From: Flavobacteriaceae bacterium | GTDB taxonomy: Bacteria > Bacteroidota > Bacteroidia > Flavobacteriales_C > GCA-002722245 | Length of the DNA stretch: 64,000 nucleotides | NCBI GenBank assembly: GCA_964230605.1 | Contig: CAXRIN010000058.1 | Location: 10,969-74,968 of the forward strand | Reading direction: 5' to 3' | Shown here: piece after piece, positions 26,171 to 36,546 of the stretch | How the letters are laid out: each line of letters opens with the position of its first letter | Numbering within the stretch: position 1 is the first letter of the stretch | Notes under the pieces: generated by a model | The model's database searches: none | The model's input: the letters and a program-made list of their open reading frames with translations, nothing else | What the model was told of the DNA's origin: nothing | Made by a program: the position numbers and the translations under genes

Positions 26171-27554
26171 ATTATTATCTATAAAATATTGGTATTTAAT
26201 TCCGTTGATTTACTTAGGAATATTTTGGAATCAATATTTTGGAAGTGAGATTGTTGTTTATACTATATTCCTTTTTGGAATATTATTAAGTGTTAAATCC
26301 TTATCAGAAGGCACCTTATATTTCATTATCGTTTTACTTCTATTTGATGACTTCCCTTTTCAGGCTAAAGAAAATCAAATATTTAACTCTATTTATACAG
26401 CCAAAATATTTGGACAAACCATCACAAAACTTCTTAGTTTATGGCTATTTGGTTTAATTGTTTTGAAGTCTTTTCAAACCAAAAAAATAATTATCGGAAA
26501 CTTATTTTCGAAAATTTTTCTTTCGCTAATGATTATAGGTATTATCGTTGGAATTTCATCCTTAAACTATAAATATGCCGAAAGCTTTATCAACGATTTC
26601 AGATTCTTTTTTAATTACATAGTTGGCTTTGGAATTGTGGTTTATCTCTTATCTGAAAAAAAGTATTTCAAGAGTATTTTTCCTCTGATGACTTTAATCT
26701 TTTTATCAAAAACAATAGTGCTTACTGGAACTGCAATTATATTATCAAACTTTGGATCCATTTTGACCATAAAAGCTGGCACTGGGTCCTACCTCATCAT
26801 TTTTGTAGTTTGTTACCTTTTATATTTATTAACTGAGAGGAAGTATATTTTATACACATCAATTGGCCTCTTTTTAACCCTAGGGTTTTTAGTACTATCT
26901 GCATCTCGTGGTAGAATTGTCATTACAGGTTTAGTAATCATATTGTACATTTTAACTATTCGAAAAACTAAATACATTCCTATAATAATTGCCTTCACAG
27001 GCATTGCAACTATTGGGATATTCTTTATCAATCCGTCATTAATAGATTATTTAATGTGGAAAATAACTTCATTTACTCCCCAAAAAGGATCTGGACAAAG
27101 TTCCTATGTAAGGTTTGTAGAAGTAAGTAACATTTTACATCAGAATTTCACCAGTTTAAAATCTTTTTTCTTTGGTAATGGATTGGGTGGCTATTGGGAT
27201 TCAAAATATTTTGAATACCCATTTGATTTAAAAAATACTTCCAGTTATCCTGAAGAATGGATTTTAAGAGATCGATATTTTAAGCCACATGGTATCGTGC
27301 AATTTTTACTTCTTAAAGTAGGTTTTATAGGAACTCTTACTTTTTATGGAAGCTGCATTTACATTTTTATAAAAAACTTTATCAATTTTCATAAAAACCA
27401 ACTCTTAAGTAAAGAATCTACAGCTTTTGTTGCTATTATTGGAGCCGGATTGCTCCCATTTTATCTTATCGCCTTTTCTGCCAAATTGCAATTATTAGGT
27501 GGCGTAATAGTGGGTATTTATTATTGTTATAGCAAAACCTTAAAAATTGAGTAA
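26163..27554 (+). CDS. wzy: O-antigen polymerase/ligase family membrane protein (Wzy-like)
   Basis: At least 10 TM helices and a LSASRGRIV motif of the Wzy_C/O-antigen ligase domain, followed by a large external loop. Confidence 0.6.
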   Translation: MGKLLSIKYWYLIPLIYLGIFWNQYFGSEIVVYTIFLFGILLSVKSLSEGTLYFIIVLLLFDDFPFQAKENQIFNSIYTAKIFGQTITKLLSLWLFGLIVLKSFQTKKIIIGNLFSKIFLSLMIIGIIVGISSLNYKYAESFINDFRFFFNYIVGFGIVVYLLSEKKYFKSIFPLMTLIFLSKTIVLTGTAIILSNFGSILTIKAGTGSYLIIFVVCYLLYLLTERKYILYTSIGLFLTLGFLVLSASRGRIVITGLVIILYILTIRKTKYIPIIIAFTGIATIGIFFINPSLIDYLMWKITSFTPQKGSGQSSYVRFVEVSNILHQNFTSLKSFFFGNGLGGYWDSKYFEYPFDLKNTSSYPEEWILRDRYFKPHGIVQFLLLKVGFIGTLTFYGSCIYIFIKNFINFHKNQLLSKESTAFVAIIGAGLLPFYLIAFSAKLQLLGGVIVGIYYCYSKTLKIE

Positions 27555-28599
27555 AATTACAATCATAGATTTCTTAAGCAAAGGTTCAAGTCACTTGAAT
27601 TTTAATAAATCCTATATTGCTGCCATCCCAAAACATCTTCAAATACATAACTTCATTGGAAACCAATCTCACTTTTCTCTTTTAGAAAAAAATGGGTTTA
27701 ACAACAACACGATTAACAAGGACAACCTTTCTTGGCACTTAAGAGTAACTTTACTATTCTTCTTACTCATAGCAAACAGTCGAAAAAACATAACGGTTCT
27801 TGCCTTCGAAAACTATTTACTTCCTGTTCTATTCATATTATTTTTTCCTTTTTTTCTGAATAAAAGAATCACAATGGTAGTTCATAATAATGTTCCAGGG
27901 TTGAAACGAAAAGGTTTGAAAACACTACCATTTAAACTATTTATTAAAATTCTAAATCCTAAACTCATTTGCTTAACAAGTAAAATGAAAGAAGAAATGA
28001 ACGAACTTGGGTATGAAAAAAATACGGTTTGGATTCCTCATATGAACTACAAACACTTTGGCGAATCTTTGAATTCAAAATCAACAATCCATTTCGAAAA
28101 CGAAAAAGTAAATGTAGTACTTTTTGGCAGACAATCTAAACTATTCATTGAACATACACTGCCTCAAATAAAAGATATCAAATTTAAAAATCTACTATTT
28201 CATGTTTTCAGTGATGAATTGAAAGAATCAAATAATGAAAATGTAATCATTCATAAATTCAAACCATCACAACTTGAATATCAATCACTTTTAAGAAATT
28301 GCGATTATGCATTTTTCCCAGATCTAAACGTAAATTTTCGTCCTAGTGGAATTTTATTGGATTGTATAAGTAGCCATTGTCCAATTATTGCACCCAATGA
28401 AGGACATTTTTCAGAATTCAGTAACGATAAAATAGGATGGTTATATAACCAAAATAACTTGATTTCCATTCTGTTCGAAATTGATAAATCAATCATTAAA
28501 CGAAGCAATTTTCCAAAAGAAAACTTTAACGCTCCAATATCTGAAACTTCTCTGGATAAGTTTTCTCTAAAACTTAACTCAATTTACACGAGCAATTAA
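27547..28599 (+). CDS. Putative GT-B fold glycosyltransferase
   Basis: The C-terminal half (FGRQSK..., CDYAFFP...RPSGILLDCISSHCPIIAPNEGHFSEF) resembles a GT-B nucleotide-sugar-binding domain. The TTG start overlaps the upstream stop. Family assignment is weak. Confidence 0.4.
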   Translation: MSKITIIDFLSKGSSHLNFNKSYIAAIPKHLQIHNFIGNQSHFSLLEKNGFNNNTINKDNLSWHLRVTLLFFLLIANSRKNITVLAFENYLLPVLFILFFPFFLNKRITMVVHNNVPGLKRKGLKTLPFKLFIKILNPKLICLTSKMKEEMNELGYEKNTVWIPHMNYKHFGESLNSKSTIHFENEKVNVVLFGRQSKLFIEHTLPQIKDIKFKNLLFHVFSDELKESNNENVIIHKFKPSQLEYQSLLRNCDYAFFPDLNVNFRPSGILLDCISSHCPIIAPNEGHFSEFSNDKIGWLYNQNNLISILFEIDKSIIKRSNFPKENFNAPISETSLDKFSLKLNSIYTSN

Positions 28600-28601
28600 A
28601 G

Positions 28602-29642
28602 ATGAAAAAGATCCTAATCCTACAAAATACAATACTCCATTATCGCAAACCTTTTTATAATAAACTTGCTGAGCAATATGATGTAACCGTACTACATTCA
28701 GGAAAAGTAAGTGTAAATAAAGAAGATATTTATAAAGAAATTATTACCCCTGTTAAATCTATTTCAAAATTTAAATTTCAAAAAGGTGTTTTAAAAGAGG
28801 TTAGAAGTGAAAAATATGATTTCATCATTGCTATGATGGATATTTTTTGGATTTTTAGTATTATTTCTTCATTCATTCACCCCAAAAAAAGTGGATTTGC
28901 TTGGTGGGGAATTATTGCTGGTAAAAGTGAAAAAGGAAATAAAATAAGAGGCCTCTTCTTAAGAAATAAACCGACTATTTTCTATAACGAAGACGGATTA
29001 CAAAAATTAGCAAAACTTGGTTACCAAAGTGACAACTATACTTTTTGCACTAATACATTTCATATTGAAAACCGAATTGAATGTTTTAAAGAAGAAGAGA
29101 AAGACTCATTCCTCTTTGTTGGATCTTTGGATAAGAGGAAGAACATTGAAATACTAATCAGAGCTTTTCATCAAGCAATTCCTAATATTCCTGAAAAAAT
29201 CAAACTTAAAATTATTGGTGACGGAGAAGATTATAAATTAGCTTCCGATTTAATCAAAGAATTGAACTTAAAAACAAGAGTTTCTCTAGAGGGAAGAATA
29301 ACAGAAACTTCGAAATTAGAAAAGTATTACAAAAAAGCAATTTTAGCTGTTTCCTTTGGGCAAGCAGGTTTAGGAGTTTTGCAAAGTTTAGGCTACGGAG
29401 TCGCATTTCTGACTTACAAGAATGCTATTAGTGGAGGGGAAATTAGCAATATTAAACATCAACAAACTGGGATTCTTTGCGAAGACTCCATGGAAGACTT
29501 ATCGAAGTATTTCATTCACTACTCCAATGATATTACATCAGCCTTAAAAATGGGTGAAAACGCTTACAACTATTACACAGAAAATTGCACATTGGAACAC
29601 ATGATTAAAAAATTCAGTGAAGTAATAGATAAAAAATACTAA
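28602..29642 (+). CDS. Glycosyltransferase family 4/1 (GT-B)
   Basis: FLFVGSLDKRKNIEILIRAF, IIGDGED and a later E-x7-E-like region (GGEISNIKHQQTG), typical of retaining GT4 enzymes. Confidence 0.65.
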   Translation: MKKILILQNTILHYRKPFYNKLAEQYDVTVLHSGKVSVNKEDIYKEIITPVKSISKFKFQKGVLKEVRSEKYDFIIAMMDIFWIFSIISSFIHPKKSGFAWWGIIAGKSEKGNKIRGLFLRNKPTIFYNEDGLQKLAKLGYQSDNYTFCTNTFHIENRIECFKEEEKDSFLFVGSLDKRKNIEILIRAFHQAIPNIPEKIKLKIIGDGEDYKLASDLIKELNLKTRVSLEGRITETSKLEKYYKKAILAVSFGQAGLGVLQSLGYGVAFLTYKNAISGGEISNIKHQQTGILCEDSMEDLSKYFIHYSNDITSALKMGENAYNYYTENCTLEHMIKKFSEVIDKKY

Positions 29643-30751
29643 AGGTTGTTTTCGTGAATCTCTTCCAAAATTTGAATATACCTTTCAGCTCTTTGGTCAA
29701 AAGTTAAAAACTCCTTCACCCTCTTTTTACCATTTTCAACCAATTGATCATACAACTGATCATCCTTAATTAGTAATTCAATTTGATCAGCAATATCCTC
29801 TGGATTTAAAGGATCAAAAAACAAAGCATTACCCTCGCCACAAATTTGCTTTGCAAAAGAAAGGTTTGAAGTTAAAATAGGTCGCTCCATTTTCATAGCT
29901 TCTGGATAAGAAGCGGTAAAACATTCCAATAAAGTTGGTAAAAACAATGCATCAGCTTTATTATAATATTCTGGACATTCAGCAGAAGTAATTGGCCCAG
30001 CATTTTTTAAGTAATCTGATTCCCCTCCAAAAGTAGTTTTAAAATCGTCCTCAGGAATAGTAAGTGTAAACTGGACTTTCAGCCCTCTTTCTTTTAATAT
30101 TGGGATTACTTGATTTAAAATTCTCAGGTTTTTATGCGGGTAATTAGCCGTAATCGTAATAAACTTAAACCATTCTCCTTTCTCAGGTTGCTTTACTGGA
30201 AAATCAATAAAATTTTGATTGTAAGTATTATCCGCAACCCATGTGTTTGAAAGAGGAATATTAAAATACTTCAATAATCGTTTCTTTACATCCTCTGTCT
30301 CAACAACAAATAAATGAGCGTTTCTTTTTGTAAAAAATGCCTTTATCCCGTTTTGAATTTTCTTCTTCGTCCACATTTTAGTGGATAATTCTCCAAAAGC
30401 TTTCGAATCGGGGTTAATTAACCAAGGCATAGCAAACCCCATTAAATGCTTCGATTTTGGTATCCAGTAACTTGGACCAAAAATGGTAAAAACCACGTCT
30501 GGATTAATTTGTGCTTCAATCGCGTCCAAATCTTTAGATTTACCTTTTAACCAGTACTTAAATCCAAAATCTACTTTGATTACCTTAATTACATCAGGAA
30601 GTAAATCAAAATTCAATTGATCATATACCTTACTTGAAGCCAACACATAAAATTCAAATTTTTCAAACTTGGATAGAAAATGTACAAAAGATAAGGTTAC
30701 TTGTGTACCTCCCCCCACTCGGATGTTTGATGCGTTGATAATAATTTTCAT
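29639..30751 (-). CDS. Glycosyltransferase family 1 (GT-B), transcribed head-on to loci B and C
   Basis: MKIIINASNIRVGGGTQV N-terminus and C-terminal FLPTLLECFTASYPEAM (E-x7-E). I prefer ATG 30751 to the track start. The stop codon overlaps the stop of the convergent gene (CTAA at 29639-29642). Confidence 0.65.
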   Translation of the reverse strand: MKIIINASNIRVGGGTQVTLSFVHFLSKFEKFEFYVLASSKVYDQLNFDLLPDVIKVIKVDFGFKYWLKGKSKDLDAIEAQINPDVVFTIFGPSYWIPKSKHLMGFAMPWLINPDSKAFGELSTKMWTKKKIQNGIKAFFTKRNAHLFVVETEDVKKRLLKYFNIPLSNTWVADNTYNQNFIDFPVKQPEKGEWFKFITITANYPHKNLRILNQVIPILKERGLKVQFTLTIPEDDFKTTFGGESDYLKNAGPITSAECPEYYNKADALFLPTLLECFTASYPEAMKMERPILTSNLSFAKQICGEGNALFFDPLNPEDIADQIELLIKDDQLYDQLVENGKKRVKEFLTFDQRAERYIQILEEIHENNL

Positions 30752-30787
30752 TCTATCCCTATTCCATAAAAATATGAAAATCACGCA

Positions 30788-30795
30788 CAAAAATA
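30788..30795 (-). promoter_or_regulatory. Candidate -7 box (TATTTTTG) for the minus-strand GT
   Basis: The minus strand reads TATTTTTG, 36 nt upstream of ATG 30751. Confidence 0.3.
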
Positions 30796-30875
30796 ACGTT
30801 TGTAATTTGGATAAGCTATTAATTACTGACTATTCTGATCATTGGTAGAATAAAGAATAAATGAAAAGATTGCGT

Positions 30876-30883
30876 TATATTTG
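30876..30883 (+). promoter_or_regulatory. Bacteroidota-type -7 box (TATATTTG) upstream of wza
   Basis: TATATTTG lies 18 nt upstream of ATG 30902. Confidence 0.4.
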
Positions 30884-30901
30884 GGGTCTAAAAAGCTAAA
30901 T

Positions 30902-33208
30902 ATGTCTAATTTCAAGATTAGCCTAACCATTTTTCTTGTTGGAATTTTATTATCAACATCAGGTCAAATTTCAATTAGCCAGATTCGAAATGCTGGAATT
31001 AAATCTGAAGATGATTTAAGAAACTTAGGTGTATCCGACGCTGAAATTCAAAGTATTAAAGAAGAAATATTCGGAACTGCAGGTGACACGCAATCAAGTC
31101 CTTCTTCAGATGGAGAAGTGGGTTCAGATGATGTAAAAGAACCAGTTGTAAACGAAACTCCAATTTTAGTTCCTGAAACAGAGCAAAAAAATACAAACGA
31201 GGAGTATACTGTATTTGGTCAAAATATTTTTGAATCAGGATATTTTACTATCAAAGAAAATAGTGATAGAATTTTACCCTCTCCAAACTACATCCTAGGT
31301 ACTGGGGACAGAATTAGTATAACTATCTGGGGTGCTTCGGAATTTAGTAATGAATTTACGCTAGATGTATTTGGAAATATTACACCAAGCTTAGTGGGTA
31401 GAATTAACCTTAAGGGAAAAACCTTTGAACAAGCAGAGCAAATTGTGAAAGCTAGATTTGGCAAAGTTTATAACTTATCATCTTCCAAAATCGCTCTAAG
31501 CTTAACGTATTCAAAAGTTATTTCCGTTAACATTGTTGGTGAGGTAAAAAACCCTGGAACATACAGCACTCCAAGTATCAACTCTGCCTTTAACTTATTA
31601 TCTCTTGCAAAAGGTACCACGAAATATGGATCGGTGAGAGATATTGAAATAAGACGAGATGGAAGAATTATTAGCACGCTAGATTTATATGAGTTTCTTG
31701 TAAGCCCTTCTAAATATTCAAATACATTTCTTCAAGATGGAGATTTTATTGTTGTGAAAAGGCAAAAAGGTGTTGTTAGGTTAGATGGGGAAGTAAAAAG
31801 ACCTGGATTATATGAAATTAAGAACAACGAACAATTAACTTCAATTATCGAAATTGCAGGTGGGTTTGATGTATTTGCGGATAAGGAATCTGTAAATATA
31901 ATTGGTGTCGACAAAGGGAAATTACTTTTCAAGTCATTCGATTTCCAAACTATTAAAGAAAATAAGCTGGCATTGAAAGATGGCGATATTGTAAAAATAT
32001 TGCGTGTTCCAAATTTAGTTCATGGAATGGTTGAAGTAAAGGGAGCCATTAATGTTCCTGGAGAATATCAATTCGAAAGCGGTATGAAAATATCCGATTT
32101 AGTAGAGCTTGCAAATGGAATAAATAGAAACAGCTACCTTAAACAAGCTCAACTTATTCGCCAAAATGAAAACCTTGAAGAAACGATTATTCAAGTTAAC
32201 CTAAATTCTATTATTAACAATCCGGGAAGCACTGCAAATATTGAGCTAAAGGAATTTGATATTTTAAATGTCTTTAATAAAAGTGAATTTAATTCACAAT
32301 ATATAGTAATAGGTACTGGTGCACTTAAGAAAACTGGCGAAATTGATTTTAAGGAAGGGCTTGAATTAAATGACCTTATCTTAGAATTAAATGGTTTTAA
32401 AAAAGAAGCAGACTTAGATAAAATAGAAGTTGAACGAGTATTATTCTCAAAAAAAGATAGTGCAAATGCATATGTTCAAATCATTAACCTAACTTATCCC
32501 GCAGATTCCAACTTTAAACTTGCTGCTCATGACATTGTAAATGTTCGTACATTACCGGAATTCCAATTTCAAAAAACCATTACAATTACAGGGGAGGTTA
32601 AATATCCGGGTGAATATTCATTAAATGGTCATGATGATAAATTAAGCGATCTTATTAAAAGAGCTGGAGGTTTAACAAATTGGGCTTTCACTAATGGTGC
32701 CAAATTAAATCGTAAAGAGAATAACTTAGGTTTATTGTTAATGGATTTAGATCATGCCATTAATAAATCTAATTCAAAATTTGATTACATTTTAAAACCT
32801 GGTGACGTTATAACAATACCTAAAAACACTAATGTGGTTTCTATTTCAGGCGCTATTGGATACAAAAATGTAAATCAGGACGAAAACATAGTAAACTCAC
32901 CTCTTCACAGAAGTAGACGAGCACAATTCTACATAAAAAAGTATGGTGGTGGATATGATGAACGAGCTAAAAGAAAAAAGGTATATGTTATCAGCTCAAA
33001 TGGAATGGTTAAAGAAAGTATTTTTGGTGGCTTAATTAAACCAAAAATAGATCCGGGAGATAAAATTGTTGTTGAATATAAACCTGAAAAACAGAAAAAA
33101 GAGAAGGGGGAATCGGTTGATTGGAACAGAGTAATTGAAAATGCCACGATAAAAATCACAGGTGTTTTAACCCTACTCATCTTAGCTAACGGAGCTTTTG
33201 GTAACTAA
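30902..33208 (+). CDS. wza: Polysaccharide export outer-membrane protein (Wza-like, multi-SLBB, long Bacteroidota form)
   Basis: Signal peptide, then YILGTGDRISITIWG (Poly_export motif). Repeated SLBB-like units follow (GEVKNPGTYS, GEVKRPGLYE, GAINVPGEYQ, GEVKYPGEYS) and there is a C-terminal TM helix. Confidence 0.8.
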   Translation: MSNFKISLTIFLVGILLSTSGQISISQIRNAGIKSEDDLRNLGVSDAEIQSIKEEIFGTAGDTQSSPSSDGEVGSDDVKEPVVNETPILVPETEQKNTNEEYTVFGQNIFESGYFTIKENSDRILPSPNYILGTGDRISITIWGASEFSNEFTLDVFGNITPSLVGRINLKGKTFEQAEQIVKARFGKVYNLSSSKIALSLTYSKVISVNIVGEVKNPGTYSTPSINSAFNLLSLAKGTTKYGSVRDIEIRRDGRIISTLDLYEFLVSPSKYSNTFLQDGDFIVVKRQKGVVRLDGEVKRPGLYEIKNNEQLTSIIEIAGGFDVFADKESVNIIGVDKGKLLFKSFDFQTIKENKLALKDGDIVKILRVPNLVHGMVEVKGAINVPGEYQFESGMKISDLVELANGINRNSYLKQAQLIRQNENLEETIIQVNLNSIINNPGSTANIELKEFDILNVFNKSEFNSQYIVIGTGALKKTGEIDFKEGLELNDLILELNGFKKEADLDKIEVERVLFSKKDSANAYVQIINLTYPADSNFKLAAHDIVNVRTLPEFQFQKTITITGEVKYPGEYSLNGHDDKLSDLIKRAGGLTNWAFTNGAKLNRKENNLGLLLMDLDHAINKSNSKFDYILKPGDVITIPKNTNVVSISGAIGYKNVNQDENIVNSPLHRSRRAQFYIKKYGGGYDERAKRKKVYVISSNGMVKESIFGGLIKPKIDPGDKIVVEYKPEKQKKEKGESVDWNRVIENATIKITGVLTLLILANGAFGN

Positions 33209-33209
33209 T

Positions 33210-34283
33210 ATGAAAAAATTTATTCATCAAAATAGTATTAACTATTTAGCTATTTTCAAGTTTCTTCTTTCAAAGAAAAAAACCATCATAATATTAGGGT
33301 TTGTTGGTGCAGTATTTGGTGGAATAAAAGCATATATATCCCCAAAGATTTACTCTTCGTCGATAACAATTATTCCAAATAAAGCGTCTAAAGGGTTTGG
33401 TGGTAAATTTAATGGACTTGCCTCTCTAGCCGGAATTTCACTTGGTGGAGTTGACAATAGTGACATTCCTCCAATTACCTACGATAAAGTTCTTGAGAGT
33501 TATGATTTTAACCATAAATTATTAAATACTAAGCTACCTATCGTAGATAGTGATACTATGATGACTTTCATTGAGTATCAAGAAAAATTTAAGAGGAATG
33601 GGATTGGAAAATTTATAAAGGGTTTAATTGGTTTTAATAATGATAATGATAGTCTTCCAATCGACGAACTATCCGAAATTGCTCAAAAAAACGAATTAAA
33701 ACTTTATACTAATGACGAGTATAAAAATTTGATAAAATTTCAATCTATGGTGAATATAGACGTTGATGACCTCAACGATATTTTTACCATTCGAGTAAAG
33801 TTTCCAGATAAAATTGCAGCCCCATATTTGGCTGAAAAAGCAACAATATTGCTGCAAGATTTTATAATAAATGCCAAAATCAAAAAAGCCAAAGCTGATT
33901 ATGAGTTTTTGAAAAGTCGTTATGATGAAGAAAAAGAAAAGTTTTTAGAAGCTCAATTAGCTTTAGCTAAGTTTGAAGATACGCACATCAACATTGTTTC
34001 ATCTGTTCAAAATACCCAAAGAACAATTCTTAAATCAGAATATCAATTAAGAAATCAAGTTTTCACTCAACTATCAATGCAACTGGAATCTAGTCAAATG
34101 ACTTTACAAAAGGACACGCCTGTTTTTACAGTTGTTAAAGGTGCAAATGTACCTCGATTAAAAACTGAGCCTAGACCTATTAAGTTGGTCATAGTGAATG
34201 GAATCTTGTTCGGTTTCTTATATGTGGTTTTTATCCTGTTAAAAGAACTAAAAAATCAGTTTTTACCAAAAGAAACTGAATAA
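33210..34283 (+). CDS. Wzz/PCP chain-length determinant protein lacking a tyrosine-kinase domain
   Basis: N-terminal Wzz-type segment (LAIFKFLLSKKKTIIILGFVGAVFGGIKAYISPKIYSSS), a coiled-coil middle and a C-terminal TM (LVIVNGILFGFLYVVFILL). There are no Walker A/B motifs or a Tyr-rich tail. The ATG is 2 nt after the wza stop. Confidence 0.7.
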   Translation: MKKFIHQNSINYLAIFKFLLSKKKTIIILGFVGAVFGGIKAYISPKIYSSSITIIPNKASKGFGGKFNGLASLAGISLGGVDNSDIPPITYDKVLESYDFNHKLLNTKLPIVDSDTMMTFIEYQEKFKRNGIGKFIKGLIGFNNDNDSLPIDELSEIAQKNELKLYTNDEYKNLIKFQSMVNIDVDDLNDIFTIRVKFPDKIAAPYLAEKATILLQDFIINAKIKKAKADYEFLKSRYDEEKEKFLEAQLALAKFEDTHINIVSSVQNTQRTILKSEYQLRNQVFTQLSMQLESSQMTLQKDTPVFTVVKGANVPRLKTEPRPIKLVIVNGILFGFLYVVFILLKELKNQFLPKETE

Positions 34284-35584
34284 TGAATAATACTGTTAAG
34301 GTATTTCTTAAATTCTTAATGGGGAGCGGAATTTCAATTGTAATTTCCCTTTTAAGTGGTATAATCGTTTCCAGAAGTATTGGCCCAGAAGGAAAAGGAA
34401 TTGTTGCTGAACTATTGGTTATTCCTAGTCTTTTAGTACCTTTTGCAGAACTTGGATTAAGACAATCCAGCATTTACTTCATTGGAGAAAATTATTGCAA
34501 AAACAAACTCTCTAGTACAATTTTAATTATTTCCATTGTATCAACAATTACAATGAGTTTAGTTGTATACTCAATTTTATTTTTTGACGACGCAATTAAA
34601 GATTATACAACCTTTCAACTTGTTGCAATTTTAATGTACATTCCAATTATTGGTACTATTCGGCCAATTTTTGGTATTTTTCTAGGGGAAGGTCAAACGA
34701 CCGTTTATAACAATTATAGGTGGGGTCCTCCAACAGTGAAATTCATCTTTATCGTTTCATTCGCAATCTTTTTTGAGCTGGGAATAAATGAAGCGTTAAT
34801 TTCAATGTTCATTGGCGAACTAGTTTTTATTATCTGCGGCTTGATTCATCTTTCCAAATTCGCAACCCTCTCTCTTGTTAACTTTGATTCGCAACTTGCG
34901 AAAAGGTTAATTACAAAAGGAATTTTGTTCTGTTTATCGTTCGCAATTATCCAAATGAATCACAGAATTGATGTTTTGTTACTGAAAGAGTTTAAGGTCG
35001 CATCAACAAACATTGGATATTATATAAACGGTGTTGGAATTGCAGAATTAGTTTGGCAAACTCCTGCAATATTGGGGCTAATTATCTTATCAAAAGTTAA
35101 ATCGAAAAAGAAAGAAAAGAAATTAATGGTAGCTAAATCACTAAGGTATTCCAACACCATTGTGTTATTCACCTCTGGTTTTATTGTACTATTCTGTGAT
35201 TTAATAATTACGACTCTTTACGGTCCTGCTTTTAAAGGAAGTATCGAAGTAACCAGATATATATTAGTTGGAGTGGTATTATTTAACTCTTTCAAAATAT
35301 TAAACTCTTATTATGAGTCGGCAGGAAAACCAATTAATGTTTTAATTTTCACTTTACCGTCTTTGATTGTAAACCTAATAGCCAACTTTCTTTTAATTCC
35401 TAAATATGGAATTAACGGTGCTGTTTGGGCAACGAATATCAGCTACTTTGTTTGTTCGTTATTATTTACGTTAAGATTTTCTTTTACCGAAAAAATCGCT
35501 TTAAAGGATACGCTCGTGCTTCACAAAGCAGAGGTTATTGAACTTGTAAATGGGCTTAAAAGTAAGCTTAAATTAAATGGATAG
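34283..35584 (+). CDS. Polysaccharide biosynthesis protein / flippase (MOP superfamily, second Wzx-like)
   Basis: 433 aa with about 12-14 TM helices. N-terminal GSGISIVISLLSGIIVSRSIGPEGKG is typical of MOP flippases. The start overlaps the upstream stop (ATAATG). Confidence 0.65.
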   Translation: MNNTVKVFLKFLMGSGISIVISLLSGIIVSRSIGPEGKGIVAELLVIPSLLVPFAELGLRQSSIYFIGENYCKNKLSSTILIISIVSTITMSLVVYSILFFDDAIKDYTTFQLVAILMYIPIIGTIRPIFGIFLGEGQTTVYNNYRWGPPTVKFIFIVSFAIFFELGINEALISMFIGELVFIICGLIHLSKFATLSLVNFDSQLAKRLITKGILFCLSFAIIQMNHRIDVLLLKEFKVASTNIGYYINGVGIAELVWQTPAILGLIILSKVKSKKKEKKLMVAKSLRYSNTIVLFTSGFIVLFCDLIITTLYGPAFKGSIEVTRYILVGVVLFNSFKILNSYYESAGKPINVLIFTLPSLIVNLIANFLLIPKYGINGAVWATNISYFVCSLLFTLRFSFTEKIALKDTLVLHKAEVIELVNGLKSKLKLNG

Positions 35585-36530
35585 AAAAAACCGTATTTAA
35601 TTCTGGTTTTAACTTAACCTCGTCAATAACTAGCTTTTTATCCAAATCAATTTTCGCAACTCTTGTAGGAAGGATTTCACCTTTAAAAACATCACGAACA
35701 AACCCCCTTAAATTACCAACAATATTAGTGGCTCTAAACATAGAGAAACCAACTAACATTTCATTTGAATTTATAGGTTCAATTGATCTACACCAACCTA
35801 AAGCATTATTTATATTATAAAACTCGCCTAATTTATAAACTTCTTTCTTGTCTGGATTACAATCCTTAAATCTAACTACGTGCCCTGTTACCTCAGTAAA
35901 ATGGAGGTCTCCGTTTGCTTGAACACCATCATGAATTCTACCTATTTCAATATTAAATTTCGGTTTATCGGCTGTTAAACAAATCGCATCATGCTGATGA
36001 AAACGAGTGGCATAAATTTCGCCATCTAATTCAAAACAATAATTTGGGTGACTTTCATGAGGTTTAGTACTCTCAACTTTTCTATAATCAACAGATTTAT
36101 CAAAACGATCCCAAATATTGTTCTGTAAAGCGCTCCATTCGTTCAATAAATTACCTTCTAAATCTATTTCAAATACAGCATCCAAACCAGTCGAAACAAC
36201 GAGTAAAGTGTTATTTTTCGTTGGATGAACATAATGTAAATCGTTAAAAACTGGCAATGAAATTACCTTAACCACCTCAAACGAAGGAACTTTACAAATT
36301 AGAACTTCTGTTAAAGTACATAAATAGGCTATATCAAATTTAAAATGAGCTGCTTTAAATACAGAAGAAACTTTATCAACAGGTGCATTTTCTGGTCTTG
36401 TTTTCCAAGAAAACACAATTTCTTTTGCTTTTGTTGTTAAATCAACTTTACACACTACTGCTTTCTCATAAAGAACATCTTGATTAGATGCTTCAGAAAT
36501 AACACCTCCAACCGCGTAAAACGTACTCAT
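35568..36530 (-). CDS. Hypothetical protein, possible beta-propeller fold, His-rich motifs
   Basis: 320 aa with no signal peptide. Repeated strand-turn patterns and conserved-looking His motifs (NDLHYVHP, HESHPNY, FHQHDA, RIHDG). Has its own TATATTTG box and lies antisense to the surrounding locus. No family recognised. Confidence 0.5.
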   Translation of the reverse strand: MSTFYAVGGVISEASNQDVLYEKAVVCKVDLTTKAKEIVFSWKTRPENAPVDKVSSVFKAAHFKFDIAYLCTLTEVLICKVPSFEVVKVISLPVFNDLHYVHPTKNNTLLVVSTGLDAVFEIDLEGNLLNEWSALQNNIWDRFDKSVDYRKVESTKPHESHPNYCFELDGEIYATRFHQHDAICLTADKPKFNIEIGRIHDGVQANGDLHFTEVTGHVVRFKDCNPDKKEVYKLGEFYNINNALGWCRSIEPINSNEMLVGFSMFRATNIVGNLRGFVRDVFKGEILPTRVAKIDLDKKLVIDEVKLKPELNTVFSIHLI

Positions 36531-36546
36531 AAATCTCGATTTTTGT

